A DNA stretch of 63,537 bases, the filler included, from Octopus bimaculoides (taxonomy: Eukaryota), in NCBI RefSeq assembly GCF_001194135.2. It is 7 parts of 7 records of this genome, joined end to end, with 100 filler letters (N's around TTAATTAATTAA, not from the genome) between each part and the next. Parts side by side here need not be neighbours in the genome. Positions count along the whole stretch, not along the records: positions 62,288 to 63,537 come from NC_069000.1; 6 more parts are not named here. One strand, 5' to 3'. Below the pieces are notes generated by a model. That model was not told where the DNA came from, searched no databases, and worked only from the letters and a program-made list of their open reading frames with translations. Numbering within the stretch: position 1 is the first letter of the stretch; each line of letters starts with the position of its first letter. Of the stretch, positions 63,359-63,537 are shown piece after piece. Made by a program: the position numbers and the translations under genes.

Positions 63359-63390
<32 letters not shown>

Positions 63391-63537
63391 TAACACAAAT
63401 GGGTTGAGGTTCACTACAGCTGTTTCAAACATGTTTTTTTTTTATTTATTGATGAGAGCAAATCAATTACATCTAGTAAAAAAACCGTTTGACTCTACTT
63501 TGGTTCTCCTTATTATTAAAATACCTCGATTCTATTA

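Overview
AT-rich, gap-ridden eukaryotic scaffold. The SINE families, microsatellite load and TE spectrum look like an octopus genome (probably Octopus bimaculoides; inferred from pattern recognition, not searched). Only one host coding sequence is well supported: a minus-strand, apparently single-coding-exon type II membrane nucleotide-diphospho-sugar transferase (PF03407/GT77-like, 54251-55409) with an N-gap in its middle. The rest is mostly retroelement and DNA-transposon debris: a mariner nested in an older Tc1/mariner, a hAT (Charlie/Buster-type) element with both TIRs, four R4/Dong LINE fragments, Tx1/L1-type LINEs, RTE, CR1-like and Helitron relics, three tRNA-type SINE families and many microsatellites. 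The most interesting signals are: (i) two different GG..CC, 8-bp-TSD (Merlin-like) MITEs that carry TTAGGG arrays and share an identical 22-mer; (ii) a SINE 3' tail matching the 3' end of a Tx1/L1 LINE (31/37 nt); (iii) retroelements repeatedly bracketed by (AAT)n or (GATA)n microsatellites; (iv) a three-armed foldback element. Six 44N-TTAATTAATTAA-44N blocks are artificial scaffold linkers, so adjacency across them is unproven. Most long ORFs in the supplied track are artefacts of N-runs and microsatellites.
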